NCBI GenBank assembly: GCA_020429465.1
Contig: JAGQLH010000002.1
Location: 1 to 36,329 of the forward strand
DNA length: 36,329 nt
DNA from: Candidatus Dojkabacteria bacterium
GTDB taxonomy: Bacteria > Patescibacteriota > Dojkabacteria > B142 > WJKM01
Reading direction: 5' to 3'
Position numbers and translations under genes: made by a program. The notes under the pieces are model-generated. The model saw nothing but the letters and a program-made list of their open reading frames with translations. It made no database searches and was not told the origin of the DNA. Position 1 is the first letter of the stretch. The number at the start of each line of letters is the position of its first letter. Positions 35,520 to 36,329 of the stretch are shown here, in pieces.

Positions 35520-36308
35520 TTAGTAAGCTTCGTTATCTTCTTGTAATTCAAAATCAGTAAAAAGTGGTTGTATACTTTCCACAATATCCTTTGCAGTCTC
35601 AAATTCTTTGTCTGTTGTAATATATTCAGTCAAATTAGCTGAGTTACAATTCTCAGGTGTCTCCAATCCACAATTAGGACTTGAATCTGTATAACCATAA
35701 AACGAGTATAGAGATACTCCAAGATCATCTCGTAACTTAGTAAAATAGCTTATGTTGTATCCACCAGAGTCTGGAAATCCCTCACCAAAAATTGTAGAAG
35801 TTATTTGATATACCAATCCATTAATTTTGATACTGTCTAAATTTTTGTATGCGTTTGGTTTGTCATTGGAGTTAATTTCGCCCCGATATTCAGTACTACT
35901 TAAAAATCCTTCCAATGAGGAAATTTCAACGAAAATAAGATTGTGTACTGAATCTATTACTGCGATTGAATCCCCAGTGTCTTTTATAATATAGCTTTCT
36001 GGGAATTTAAATAGGACACCCAAATTTGTGGAGATATAGGTCTGTATGGAATTCTTATCTTCTTGAGGTAGTATAAATCCTGTCGGAATAATAGTTGGTT
36101 CCAAAGTTGGAGAAGCTGTCGGCGTTGTGTTTGGGTCTTCAGTTAGGGTTGGAGACGATGTTGGGGTTACTTCAGGTTTCGTAAATTCATTCATGTGGGT
36201 AGTGCCTTTATATGAAATATTCATAGCTAGGAAGTACCCAGTCATGATTAATAGGATAAAGCAAACAGCAATAATTATTTTTAGGGGAAGGTGCTTTAAA
36301 TCATTCAT
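35520..36308 (-). CDS. Hypothetical N-terminally anchored extracytoplasmic protein with a Pro/Thr-rich linker and a Cys pair
   Basis: TM LKIIIAVCFILLIMTGYFLAM; linker TPTSSPTLTEDPNTTPTASPTLEPTIIPT; C-terminal NCGLETPENCN, similar to the motif in the 9249..9950 protein. Confidence 0.75.
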   Translation of the reverse strand: MNDLKHLPLKIIIAVCFILLIMTGYFLAMNISYKGTTHMNEFTKPEVTPTSSPTLTEDPNTTPTASPTLEPTIIPTGFILPQEDKNSIQTYISTNLGVLFKFPESYIIKDTGDSIAVIDSVHNLIFVEISSLEGFLSSTEYRGEINSNDKPNAYKNLDSIKINGLVYQITSTIFGEGFPDSGGYNISYFTKLRDDLGVSLYSFYGYTDSSPNCGLETPENCNSANLTEYITTDKEFETAKDIVESIQPLFTDFELQEDNEAY

Positions 36309-36329
36309 TATCTAAATGTAACACAATTA

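Overview
AT-rich, gene-dense bacterial chromosomal segment with about 31 CDS, short or overlapping intergenic gaps, and the standard genetic code (TAA, TAG and TGA all act as stops). Housekeeping anchors are a partial Mn-type superoxide dismutase (left edge, missing from the ORF track), acetyl-CoA synthetase, valyl-tRNA synthetase, groES-groEL with a sigma70-like promoter and a degenerate CIRCE operator, and an FtsA-like actin-fold ATPase. Accessory content includes a T7-lysozyme-type amidase, an ORF6N DNA-binding protein and a five-gene operon of secreted or anchored surface proteins (thrombospondin-type-3 Ca-binding repeats, SLH-like domains). There is also a NOX/ferric-reductase-type bis-haem flavocytochrome, an HI0933-type flavoprotein, and a compact crtE-crtI-crtB-lycopene cyclase operon with overlapping stops and starts. 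The remainder comprises an SLH-M23 peptidase, a signalling block (output-less HAMP sensor, PAS histidine kinase, lone receiver, His-tagged YibE/F membrane protein), an orphan DinJ/RelB antitoxin, and a glycosylation triad (very large polytopic protein, GT2 polyprenyl-phosphate glycosyltransferase, DUF2304). I saw no rRNA, tRNA, CRISPR array, transposase or integrase. The many lineage-specific bitopic proteins and the compact layout suggest an uncultivated small-genome lineage (CPR/Patescibacteria-like, perhaps Peregrinibacteria); this is inference only. The most interesting observations are: (1) a ~140-aa module resembling family I inorganic pyrophosphatase inserted into ValRS just before the TTRPET motif of the CP1 editing domain, in a ValRS that also lacks the usual C-terminal extension; (2) a complete C40 carotenoid pathway next to a NOX-like enzyme and SOD in what looks like a reduced genome; (3) an FtsA-like ATPase translationally coupled to a 654-aa bitopic protein instead of FtsZ. 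All homology calls rest on motif recognition by eye; no searches were run.
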